Origin: Candidatus Fervidifonticultor quintus
GTDB taxonomy: Bacteria > Sysuimicrobiota > Sysuimicrobiia > Sysuimicrobiales > Humicultoraceae
Direction: 5' to 3'
Assembly: GCA_031459535.1 (NCBI GenBank)
Contig: JAVKIJ010000019.1
Location: 1 to 41,816, forward strand
Length of the DNA stretch: 41,816 nt
Shown here: in pieces, positions 1 to 7,485 of the stretch
Numbering within the stretch: the stretch's first letter is position 1
How the letters are laid out: every line of letters begins with the position of its first letter
The notes under the pieces: model-generated
The model's database searches: none
What the model saw: only the letters and a program-made list of their open reading frames with translations
Told to the model about the DNA's origin: nothing
Program-made: the position numbers and the translations under genes

Positions 1-175
1 CTCCGCGCTTAGGAACTGCGCGCCGTGGTCGTGGATCAAGAGCGGGCACCCAGGCCGGCGTCCCTCCAACCCATCCAGCGCCTGCTGGATCGTCAGCGTG
101 ACCGCCTCCCCCCAGGGTCCGGTTCAGACTCCAGTGCACCAGAAAGCGGCTGTACCCATCCAGGACGTCCACCAG
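1..175 (-). pseudogene. Fragment of an IS3-family transposase orfB, inverted near-identical copy of 1063-1239
   Basis: Reverse complement matches 1063-1239 except for one substitution and a 2-bp deletion near position 110 (frameshift); runs off the left window edge. Confidence 0.9.
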
Positions 176-177
176 CC

Positions 178-204
178 TGTATTGCCCACGTCGAAGTGAG
201 ACAA
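178..204 (+). repeat. IS left inverted repeat
   Basis: TGTATTGCCCACGTCGAAGTGAGACAA; 22/27 identical to the reverse complement of 1602-1628. Confidence 0.9.
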
Positions 205-289
205 TTGCGCCCTGAAATTATGTGAGGGTCCAGCGCCTCCCCTGGCTCAGGGAAGGGGTACAATTCGATGAGCCGGGAGTTGTTGGTAG

Positions 290-592
290 ATGCCAAGCCC
301 ACAGCGGCGACGCTGGACGGCGGAGGAGAAGTTGCAAATCCTGGAAGAGGCGCGAGCAGCCGGGGGAAGCGTCAGCGAGGTGTGTCGCCGGCATCAGTTG
401 GCCCCCGGGCAGTTCTATCTGTGGGAACGCCAAGGCCGGCAGGGCGCCCTCCAGGCGTTGCGCGATGGCAAGCGGGGCCGCAAGCCCACCGATCCGGTGG
501 CGCGCTTACAGGCCGAGATCGACCGGCTACGGGTGACCGTCGCCGAGTTGAGCACCGAGAACCTGCAGCTGAAAAAGGGGCTTTGGCCGTAA
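290..592 (+). CDS. IS3-family transposase OrfA (HTH plus leucine zipper)
   Basis: RRWTAEEKLQIL...SVSEVCRRHQL...FYLW HTH_Tnp_1 pattern followed by the coiled coil LQAEIDRLRVTVAELSTENLQLKK. Confidence 0.92.
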   Translation: MPSPQRRRWTAEEKLQILEEARAAGGSVSEVCRRHQLAPGQFYLWERQGRQGALQALRDGKRGRKPTDPVARLQAEIDRLRVTVAELSTENLQLKKGLWP

Positions 593-597
593 GGCCG
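574..597 (+). promoter_or_regulatory. Candidate -1 programmed ribosomal frameshift signal
   Basis: A_AAG_GGG (X_XXY_YYZ) at 574-580 at the end of orfA, followed by the GGCC-GTAA-GGCC hairpin at 585-596; orfB is in the -1 frame. Confidence 0.65.
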
Positions 598-1617
598 CAG
601 CGTCGCTACCTGCCGGAGGAGAAAGCGATGGCGCTCTAGACGGTCGAGGAGGCGCACCGACTCACGGGGCGCCCCATCCGGCAGATTCTCGAAGACCTGG
701 GGGTGGCGGCCGCCACCTACTACCGGTGGGAAGCCCGCGCGCAGACCGATGCGCTGGCGGATCGCTCAGTGCCGCCTCGTCGCCAGGCGCTCCCGCCGAC
801 GCCGGTGGAGGTGGACGCCGTCTGTGCGTTCGCGCTCCGCCATCCCACCATGGGGTATAAGCGGCTGGCGTGGCTGATGATCGACGAGGATGTGGCCTGT
901 CTACGGCCTTACCAGGTCTATCGGGTCCTTCTGGACGCGGACCTGCTGGCCCGGCGCCCGGTGGTGACGGAAGAGCTCAGGCAACCGGAAGTGCCCACCC
1001 AGCCGGATCAGGTCTGGCATATCGACCTCATGTACCTGTACGTCCGGCCCCGCTGGTACTACCTGGTGGACATCCTGGATGGGTACAGCCGCTTTCTGGT
1101 GCACTGGAGTCTGAACCGGACCCTGGGGGCGGAGGCGGTCACGCTGACGATCCAGCAGGCGCTGGATGGGTTGGAGGGACGCCGGCCTGGGTGCCCGCTC
1201 TTGATCCACGACCACGGCGCGCAGTTCCTAAGCGCGGAGTGGCGGCGTTTCGTGATCGGTGCCGGGCTGGTGGACGTCAAGACCCGGGTCGCTCACCCCG
1301 AGTCCAACGGGCGGCTGGAACGACTGCACCGCACGCATCGGGAAGAAGGGGTCGGCGGGTACGACCTGAGCGAGTACTACCAGGCTGTGGACGCCTTAAC
1401 CCGCTGGAGCCACTACTACAACTATCGGCGGCCTCACTCGGCTTTAGGCTACATGCCGCCCATTGAGTACTACCGCGGCGATCCCCAGGCTCGTTGGGGA
1501 GAGCGCCGGCGTAAGCTGGCGCAGGCCACCGAAGCACGCAGAGTGTACTGGAGGCAATCCGGCCATGGGAGACAGGACCCTCACATAATTGAGAGGGCGT
1601 TTTGTCTCACTTCGTGA
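577..1617 (+). pseudogene. IS3-family transposase OrfB with in-frame TAG at 637-639
   Basis: DDE motifs WHID, HDHGAQF, NGRLER. The frame reads RRYLPEEKAMAL*TVEEAHRLTGRPIRQILEDLGVAAATYYRW; the ORF track shows only 703-1617. Confidence 0.8.
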
Positions 1618-1628
1618 TGGGCAGGACA
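1602..1628 (-). repeat. IS right inverted repeat
   Basis: Reverse complement TGTCCTGCCCATCACGAAGTGAGACAA. Confidence 0.9.
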
Positions 1629-2045
1629 CGGGAGCCTTTGGCTCAAGTGACCTTCTTCTCCCATCGCTCTCGCGGCGCTGGTTGATGCACCCTATCACAG
1701 AGCCGTCTTGCTTACGGCAAGTGGTCTCCGACGCCCGGCGGTCGACCCGCTCAGGCAGTCCCGCCGTCGCTCCCTCGCGTGCGACGCGCGGGAGGCTCCA
1801 CCGCCTTTCCGCTCCAACCGGTTTCGCAGGACTATGGCCGAGGCGGCCTGGGCACTGATCTGGACGCGGCCAGTTGGCCAACGAACACCATCGGCTCACC
1901 TCGAAGGCCCTTTCGCCGCCGCGGCGGAGCGGCCCGTCCGCGCCCTGCTCATTTCACCGCGAGAAACTTGCCTTGACGCGGAGGCGGTATCGACCGCAGA
2001 CCATTTACCCTCGTCCAATCCTCACCTACGCCTGCGCAGAAGCCT

Positions 2046-2983
2046 TCACTCCAGCCGCAGCCGTTCAATTGCCCCTGTCTTCCTGTGCGCCCGCTGGAGG
2101 TCTGCGCCGACCAGGGACGAGTACCGCAACGTGGTATTCAGGCTCTCGTGGCCGAGCAGCCGGCGCACCTCGTCCAACCCCGCGCCGTTTCGGAGCCAGG
2201 CCGTCGCCGCGAAGTGCCGGAGGGCGTGCGGGTGCAGGCGGCGGTGATCGGGTAGCCCGGCCTTCTGGCTGAGCCGGTGCATGATCTGCACGAGATGGCG
2301 GTACTTCAGCGGTCGGCCGGCGCGGTCACAGAACAGGAAGGCCTCCGGCGACGGCAGCGGGTGACGCGCGAGCCACGCCTTGAGCGCGCGCGTCGTGGTT
2401 GGACCAATGAACGTAACGCGATCCTTCCGGCCCTTGCCCGCTCGCACGAACAGCCCCGGGTCGGACGCACGCCAGTCTTCGACCAGGAGGCGGAGGACCT
2501 CACCGGCGCGCAAGCCAGCATCAGCGGGCACCAGGACGAGGGCACGAATCCTGATACCTTCGAGGGTTTCGGGACACGCCGCGAGGATGGCACGGAGGTC
2601 TTCTTCAGCCGGCACGTCGGGCAGCGTCTTCGGCGTGCGCATGGTGAAACCCCGCAGCGGGTTCTCGGGGAGAGCCCCGGTCTCGACGCACCAGCGGCAG
2701 AACGTCTTAAAGGTGCGGTACGCCTGGTGCTGGCGCGATGCCGAGAGGCCTTGCTCCTGCAGGCGCGCGAAGAACGCCCGAACGGTGCTGGGATTCGCCT
2801 CGGGGACGGCGGCGAAAAACCGCTCCAGCCACCAGCGGTACGTCTTCACCGTCGCGGACGTACACCCGGCCACCTGCTTTGTCAGCAGGAACGCCTCAAG
2901 GGCCTCGCGTAGGGGGTGAGCAGGGGCTTTTTCGGCGGATTCTGCGAGGGGTCGAACGGCGGAAACCCGCGTCCTGACTGGCT
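2046..2983 (-). CDS. Tyrosine recombinase/integrase; 5' end unresolved, frame open into the tRNA (first GTG at 2873)
   Basis: Catalytic motifs GLR, GKGRKDR, HALRH, LGH, TTLRY; SAM-like N-terminal region LREALEAFLLTKQVAGCTSATVKTYRWWL begins upstream of the GTG. Confidence 0.9.
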
Positions 2984-3059
2984 TGGCGGGCCCGGAGGGA
3001 ATCGAACCCCCGACCAGAGGCTTAGGAGTCCCCTGCTCTATCCACTGAGCTACGGGCCC
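2984..3059 (-). tRNA. tRNA-Arg (anticodon CCT)
   Basis: 76-nt cloverleaf GGGCCCG...CT-CCT-AA...GGTTCGATTCC...CGGGCCCGCCA with encoded CCA; TAGAAT -10 box at 3077-3072. Confidence 0.95.
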
Positions 3060-3263
3060 GGACTCGGCCTCATTCTACCTCAAGAAGGTCACTCGTTTCA
3101 CCCGGAGACCCCTTCACTGATGCGGGCAACGCGGTGACCCCGGCGGCGCGTGGGCGGCACGCACAGGGAGCTGGCGGAAACCCGTGCGCGCCACGCCGCT
3201 GCTGAAGAGCACTTCGTTCTCGGGCGATTCCAGCCGAGCACGGATAGACCGTCAGGCGGCCGG

Positions 3264-4115
3264 TCATCCCTGCCAGAGCAGCTTGTGCAGCGCCGAGTGA
3301 TCGAGATCGCCGTCGCCCTGGGCTACGAGTCGCTCGTACAGCGCAATCGTGCTGGCGAGGTGAGGCAGCCGCAAGCCGGCCGCTGTGGCGAGATCCTGGG
3401 CCATCCGCAAGTCCTTGAGCTGCGCGGCCGCCCGTCCACCCGGCACGTAGGCCCGCTCGATCATGCGCGTCCCGTGGATCTGGAGGATCTTCGAGTCGGC
3501 GAACCCACCCCGCAGTGCCTGCTGCACCAGGCGGGGGGCGATCCCGCATGCCTCGGCCAGGGCGAGGGCCTCGGCCACGGCCTCGATCGCAAGCCCCACG
3601 ATCACCTGGTTGATCACCTTCACCGCATGCCCCGCGCCGGGCCCGCCCACGTGGACCACGTTACTGCCCAGCGCCTCGAGCACCGGCCTCGCGCGGGCAA
3701 CGTCTTCCGGCGCCCCGCCGGCCATGATGGCCAGGGTGCCGCTGGCGGCGCCCTCCGGCCCGCCGGAAACCGGCGCGTCCGCCCATCCGATGCCGCGGGC
3801 CGCCAGCCGAGCGGCGTTGGCCCGCGACCGCGCCGGATCCGACGAGCCCATGTCGATCACCAGGTGCCCCGCTCGCAGGTGCGGCTCGAGGCGGTGCAGC
3901 ACGCCGTCGGTGGCGTCGGAGTCGCTGAGCATGAGCAGGCACGTCCGGCTCGCTGCCGCCTCTTCCAGCGACGCGCACAGCGGGATCCCCGCCGCCAGCT
4001 CCGGGCTCAGCGGTGAGCGGTTCCATCCCCGCACGTCGAACCCGGCCCGCATCAGCGTGAGGGCCATGGGCCGGCCCATGAGCCCCATTCCGATCACGCT
4101 GACAGTCGAGGGCAT
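3264..4115 (-). CDS. NAD(P)-dependent oxidoreductase, 3-hydroxyisobutyrate/tartronate semialdehyde reductase family
   Basis: IGMGLMGRPMA Rossmann motif, DAPVSGGPEGA, KVINQ; start taken at MPSTVSV (ATG 4115). Confidence 0.92.
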   Translation of the reverse strand: MPSTVSVIGMGLMGRPMALTLMRAGFDVRGWNRSPLSPELAAGIPLCASLEEAAASRTCLLMLSDSDATDGVLHRLEPHLRAGHLVIDMGSSDPARSRANAARLAARGIGWADAPVSGGPEGAASGTLAIMAGGAPEDVARARPVLEALGSNVVHVGGPGAGHAVKVINQVIVGLAIEAVAEALALAEACGIAPRLVQQALRGGFADSKILQIHGTRMIERAYVPGGRAAAQLKDLRMAQDLATAAGLRLPHLASTIALYERLVAQGDGDLDHSALHKLLWQG

Positions 4116-4135
4116 CCGGGGGGCGCGCCTGCGGG

Positions 4136-5392
4136 CTACCGGATGATCTTGCCGAGACGGCGGTTGAGGGCGTGGAGCGTGGCCTTCACCGCGCCCGCGC
4201 CCGGATCGGGGCCGACCAGACAGGCACCCGCATGCCGCTCCGGCGGCATCCCGCCGTTGCTGAGCAGGACCGTGACGATCACGAAGGTGTCTGGCGGCGA
4301 CTGCATCAGTCGCACCTGGTCCACCGCCGCTGTCCAACCCTCGGGCAGAACTTGATTTACGGCTGCGACCGTAGCCTCGGCCAGCAGCTTCATGGGGACG
4401 TTCCCCAGGCTCGAGCCGCGCGCTTCGCCTTGGACGCGGCGGTCACCGAGGCTCATGTGCACCGTGGCGGCGGCCGTCGGTCCCTCGACGGAGAATTCGA
4501 AGCGGTTCAGCCGAAGCCGCGGCTGCGCCCCGGCGGTCGCTTCGGCCAGCGGCGCGCGCACCCTGGCCTTCTCGATCTTCGTCTGGGTGGACTGCAGGCT
4601 GGCGATGGTGATCAGGTCGTCGATTGTTGCGCCAACATGCACATCGGGCCGCTCGGTGGTGCGCTTGCCGCCAGCGATCCCCAGCGAGGCCGACAGTGCC
4701 AGATCGGGACGCCCGCCCGGCACCTCGACCGAGGCGATGGCCTCCAGCACCCGGTGCCCCAGCGCCTCGGCCTGGTCGCGGGGACGCGTGGTCAGGATCG
4801 CAAACTCGTCGCCCCCGTAGCGGCAGAGCAGGTCCCTGGACGGATCCACCTGGGCCGCCAGCGCCTTCGCCACCGCCTTGATCAACCGGTCGCCCATCAC
4901 GTGACCGAGTTGCTTGTTGACCTGCCCGAAGTTGTCCAGGTCGAGGAAGAGGAGCGCGACCTCGTGGCCACTGCGCAGCATCTGCTCGGCACGCTCCCGC
5001 AGCGTGGTGGACCAGGGCAGGTCGGTCAGGGGGTCCACCGGGCGCCCCAGCGCTCCCAGCACGTCCTCGCGCGTCACGATGCCGACCAGGCGGTCGTGCT
5101 CGACCACGGGCAGGTGCGTGACGCGGCGGTCTTCCATGAGGACATAGGCTGCGGCCAGGGGCATGTCCGGCGGCGCCGTGACCACCTCACGCGGCATCAC
5201 CTCGGCCACCGGACGATAGGGAAGGGCGCGGATCAGGTCGCGGAGCGTGATGACGCCCACCAGCCGGCCGTCCTCGACTACCGGGAGCGCAGTGGCGTCG
5301 CTCTTCGACAGCAGCGCCACGGCGTCGGCGACGGTTTGAGCGGCGCCGATCGTGGGGACGTCGTGCCGCATGACCTGTTCGAGCGTCTTCAT
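4136..5392 (-). CDS. CBS-pair + GGDEF diguanylate cyclase-like protein with an extra C-terminal domain
   Basis: Two CBS motifs (LPVVEDGRLVGVIT, LPVVEHDRLVGIVT), DPLTDLP, FLDLDNF, GHVMGD, RYGGDEF. Confidence 0.9.
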   Translation of the reverse strand: MKTLEQVMRHDVPTIGAAQTVADAVALLSKSDATALPVVEDGRLVGVITLRDLIRALPYRPVAEVMPREVVTAPPDMPLAAAYVLMEDRRVTHLPVVEHDRLVGIVTREDVLGALGRPVDPLTDLPWSTTLRERAEQMLRSGHEVALLFLDLDNFGQVNKQLGHVMGDRLIKAVAKALAAQVDPSRDLLCRYGGDEFAILTTRPRDQAEALGHRVLEAIASVEVPGGRPDLALSASLGIAGGKRTTERPDVHVGATIDDLITIASLQSTQTKIEKARVRAPLAEATAGAQPRLRLNRFEFSVEGPTAAATVHMSLGDRRVQGEARGSSLGNVPMKLLAEATVAAVNQVLPEGWTAAVDQVRLMQSPPDTFVIVTVLLSNGGMPPERHAGACLVGPDPGAGAVKATLHALNRRLGKIIR

Positions 5393-5607
5393 CCGACAGG
5401 ATTGTTCGCACCCGTGCGGTTCGTCCCTTCCTCCAAACGGATGAATCCGCGAGAAGAATTGACGGATCGATGGGTTGACGCGGTTCGGAGGGAGGTTCTA
5501 TGTAGAATGCCCGGAGGGTATCGGCGCGCCGCCTGGGGTCCCAGGAAAACCCCTGCCGGCGTTCGAACCTCAACATGGATGTGAGACCAGCAGACGGAGG
5601 GGTCCTC

Positions 5608-6066
5608 GTGGCACAGAAGCCTTTCGAGATCATTGCCGAGTGCATGATGGAGAGTCTGCCGGCCTCTGCTGATGTGGCCAGTTTGAGCGAGCGCATTGAA
5701 GCCGAGCGCCGGAAGCACCCGGGCGTCGTCCGGGCGGCGGTGCAGACGCCGGCCATTTTCCGTGACAGGGGCTACGTCTTGGAGACCCGTTTCCTGGTCT
5801 GGGCCGATGACGGCGCGGCCGCTGAGCGGATGGTCGAGAACCTGGTCAAGGCATCCGGGGTGACCTGCAGGGGGGTCCACCTGTCGGGCCGCGCCCTGGC
5901 CGAGGCGGACGTGCCCAAGCCTGCGGTCCCTGAGGCGAAGGCCAACGCGCCGGCACCAACGGCAGCGATCCGGCGGCCGGCCACGCGGCGGGCGAAGCGG
6001 ACGCAGCGGGCGCCCAAGAAGGCTGTGGCGAGGGGGCGCGCGAGGAGCCGACGCAGGACACGGTAG
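5608..6066 (+). CDS. Hypothetical protein with Arg/Lys/Ala-rich C-terminal tail
   Basis: GGAGG RBS at 5596-5600 before GTG 5608; coding-like codon usage; tail RRPATRRAKRTQRAPKKAVARGRARSRRRTR. Confidence 0.7.
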   Translation: MAQKPFEIIAECMMESLPASADVASLSERIEAERRKHPGVVRAAVQTPAIFRDRGYVLETRFLVWADDGAAAERMVENLVKASGVTCRGVHLSGRALAEADVPKPAVPEAKANAPAPTAAIRRPATRRAKRTQRAPKKAVARGRARSRRRTR

Positions 6067-6162
6067 CTGAACAACTGCACAGGCGCTGACGGGCGCGCCG
6101 GTTTGGATTCGTGCCCGGTTGGGTACTAGGGAAGTGACGACGGGTCCCAACGGTGACCGGCC

Positions 6163-6315
6163 ATGACCGGTACGTTGTTCGTGATCCTGCAAGCCGGCGC
6201 GAAACCCGAGCCCAGGGCCGAGTTGCAAACGGCTTTCATGTTCGTAATCCTGGTGGTGCTGGGAGCGATCTTCTTTCTCTGGTTGATCTACAGCCGCTTC
6301 AGTAGACCACCCTGA
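6163..6315 (+). CDS. Small single-pass membrane protein (50 aa), absent from the ORF track
   Basis: MTGTLFVILQAGAKPEPRAELQTAFMFVILVVLGAIFFLWLIYSRFSRPP; about 20 hydrophobic residues followed by basic residues; fills the gap between co-oriented genes. Confidence 0.6.
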   Translation: MTGTLFVILQAGAKPEPRAELQTAFMFVILVVLGAIFFLWLIYSRFSRPP

Positions 6316-6332
6316 TCGCGTCTGGCGGCACG

Positions 6333-7106
6333 ATGGGCGACCTCCGGATTGAGGGACTGACGATCGTACTTCGCGACGCCAGAGGCGCCCGGACCATTGT
6401 GCGGGACGTCTCCCTGCACGTCCCCGCCGGGACGTCGGTGGGGCTCGTGGGAGAGTCGGGCGCGGGCAAGTCCATGACGGCGTGCGCCGTGCTCCGGCTG
6501 CTCCCCACGGAGCAGGCGGTCATCGCGGCCGGTCGCATCGAATTCGCCGGTGTGGACCTGCTCTCGCTCCCCGAGGAACAGTTGCGCCCGTACCGCGGCG
6601 CGAAGATCGGCATGATCTTCCAGGAGCCCTCCAGCGCGCTCGATCCCCTGCTCACGGTCGGGGCGCAGGTGATGGAAGGCGTTGAGGCCCATTTCGGCAG
6701 ACGCGGGGCACGGGAGCGGGCGCTGGAAGCGCTGCGGCGGGTGGAGCTGCCGCCGGAGATCTTCGGGCGGTATCCCCACCAGCTCTCGGGCGGCCAGCGC
6801 CAGCGCGTGCTGATCGCCTCGGCCCTGGCGCCCGGCCCCAGCCTGCTGATCGCCGATGAGCCCACGTCCGGCCTGGATGTGACGGTCGGGGCCCAGATCA
6901 TGGATCTCCTCCACCGGTTGCAGCGCGAGCTGGGGATGTCGCTCCTGCTCATCACGCACAGCCTCGGGCTGGTGGCCCAGCGGACCGAGACCGTCTATGT
7001 CATGCGCCGCGGGGAGATCGTCGAGGCCGGCCCGACTTTGGACGTGTTCCGCGCGCCCAAACACCCCTACACGCAGGCACTGCTGCGCATGGCGCCCACC
7101 CTCTAG
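6333..7106 (+). CDS. Oligopeptide/dipeptide ABC transporter ATP-binding protein (OppD/DppD type)
   Basis: GESGAGKS, IFQEP, YPHQLSGGQRQR, IADEPT, ITH, HPYT. Confidence 0.93.
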   Translation: MGDLRIEGLTIVLRDARGARTIVRDVSLHVPAGTSVGLVGESGAGKSMTACAVLRLLPTEQAVIAAGRIEFAGVDLLSLPEEQLRPYRGAKIGMIFQEPSSALDPLLTVGAQVMEGVEAHFGRRGARERALEALRRVELPPEIFGRYPHQLSGGQRQRVLIASALAPGPSLLIADEPTSGLDVTVGAQIMDLLHRLQRELGMSLLLITHSLGLVAQRTETVYVMRRGEIVEAGPTLDVFRAPKHPYTQALLRMAPTL

Positions 7107-7193
7107 GGCGCATCCACCGACAGCCTGGCGCCGGTCGTTTCCTCCTCGAAAGTTGCCGCACTGTGCCATGGAATTGATGTAGAATTAGCAATT

Positions 7194-7226
7194 GTAAGAC
7201 AGACTTACGGGCGTGAGAGCCCTCAC
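7194..7226. promoter_or_regulatory. Candidate operator palindromes upstream of the peptide gene
   Basis: GTAAG-N5-CTTAC (7194-7208) and GTGAG-N4-CTCAC (7213-7226), just downstream of a TAGAAT -10-like box (7180-7185). Confidence 0.5.
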
Positions 7227-7240
7227 CCAAGGAGGATGCC

Positions 7241-7372
7241 ATGAAGAACGCGTTGCGGTTGCTCCTCGCTGCCCTTGCCGCCCTCTTGCTCGTGAGCGCG
7301 CTCCCCGGTCCCGTGCCTACAGGTCAGGCGCAGTGGCAACAGGCCGACCCTGACTGGCCGGGCGGCGGATAG
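7241..7372 (+). CDS. Small secreted peptide precursor (43 aa), candidate signalling propeptide
   Basis: AAGGAGG RBS at 7229-7235; MKNALRLLLAALAALLLVSALPGPVPTGQAQWQQADPDWPGGG has a Sec-type signal peptide and a short polar tail; below the ORF-track cutoff. Confidence 0.85.
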   Translation: MKNALRLLLAALAALLLVSALPGPVPTGQAQWQQADPDWPGGG

Positions 7373-7447
7373 TCGGCCCTAGGCTGACGGGAGAGGGGGA
7401 GGCCCGATGCGCCCCGGCGGTCGGAGAACACCGAGGGCTCTCACGGC

Positions 7448-7476
7448 TTGTCCTCCCGGCGCCGCGGTGCTACAGT
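7448..7476 (+). promoter_or_regulatory. Sigma70-type promoter of the HTH-TPR regulator, probably leaderless
   Basis: TTGTCC-N17-TACAGT with extended -10 TG (7468-7469); ATG 9 nt after the -10 box, no SD. Confidence 0.65.
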
Positions 7477-7485
7477 TGTCTTACT

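Larger units (their letters stand above)
178..1628 (+). mobile_element. IS3-family insertion sequence (1451 bp)
   Basis: 5'-TG...CA-3' ends, imperfect 27-bp terminal inverted repeats, orfA/orfB in 0/-1 frames, DDE integrase core. Confidence 0.93.

Noticed and set aside
637-639. TAG as pyrrolysine or a reassigned codon
   Set aside because: TAG terminates many ordinary genes in this window and no pyl genes are visible; a nonsense mutation is simpler.
1629-2045. Gene between the IS and the integrase
   Set aside because: Overlapping ORFs in several frames have no motifs or clear RBS; none can be supported.
3150-5584. Long plus-strand ORFs (3150-4016, 4172-5584) and similar long antisense or alternate-frame ORFs throughout
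   Set aside because: Shadow ORFs opposite well-supported genes, expected at high GC; no recognisable motifs.
5400-5600. 6S RNA or riboswitch in the divergent intergenic region
   Set aside because: No convincing long stem or recognisable aptamer; only promoter-like hexamers with non-standard spacing.
7241-7372. Peptide as a RiPP precursor or type I toxin
   Set aside because: No modifying enzymes or dedicated exporter nearby, and the layout is signal peptide plus polar acidic tail beside a TPR regulator; a type I toxin is not fully excluded given the flanking inverted repeat.
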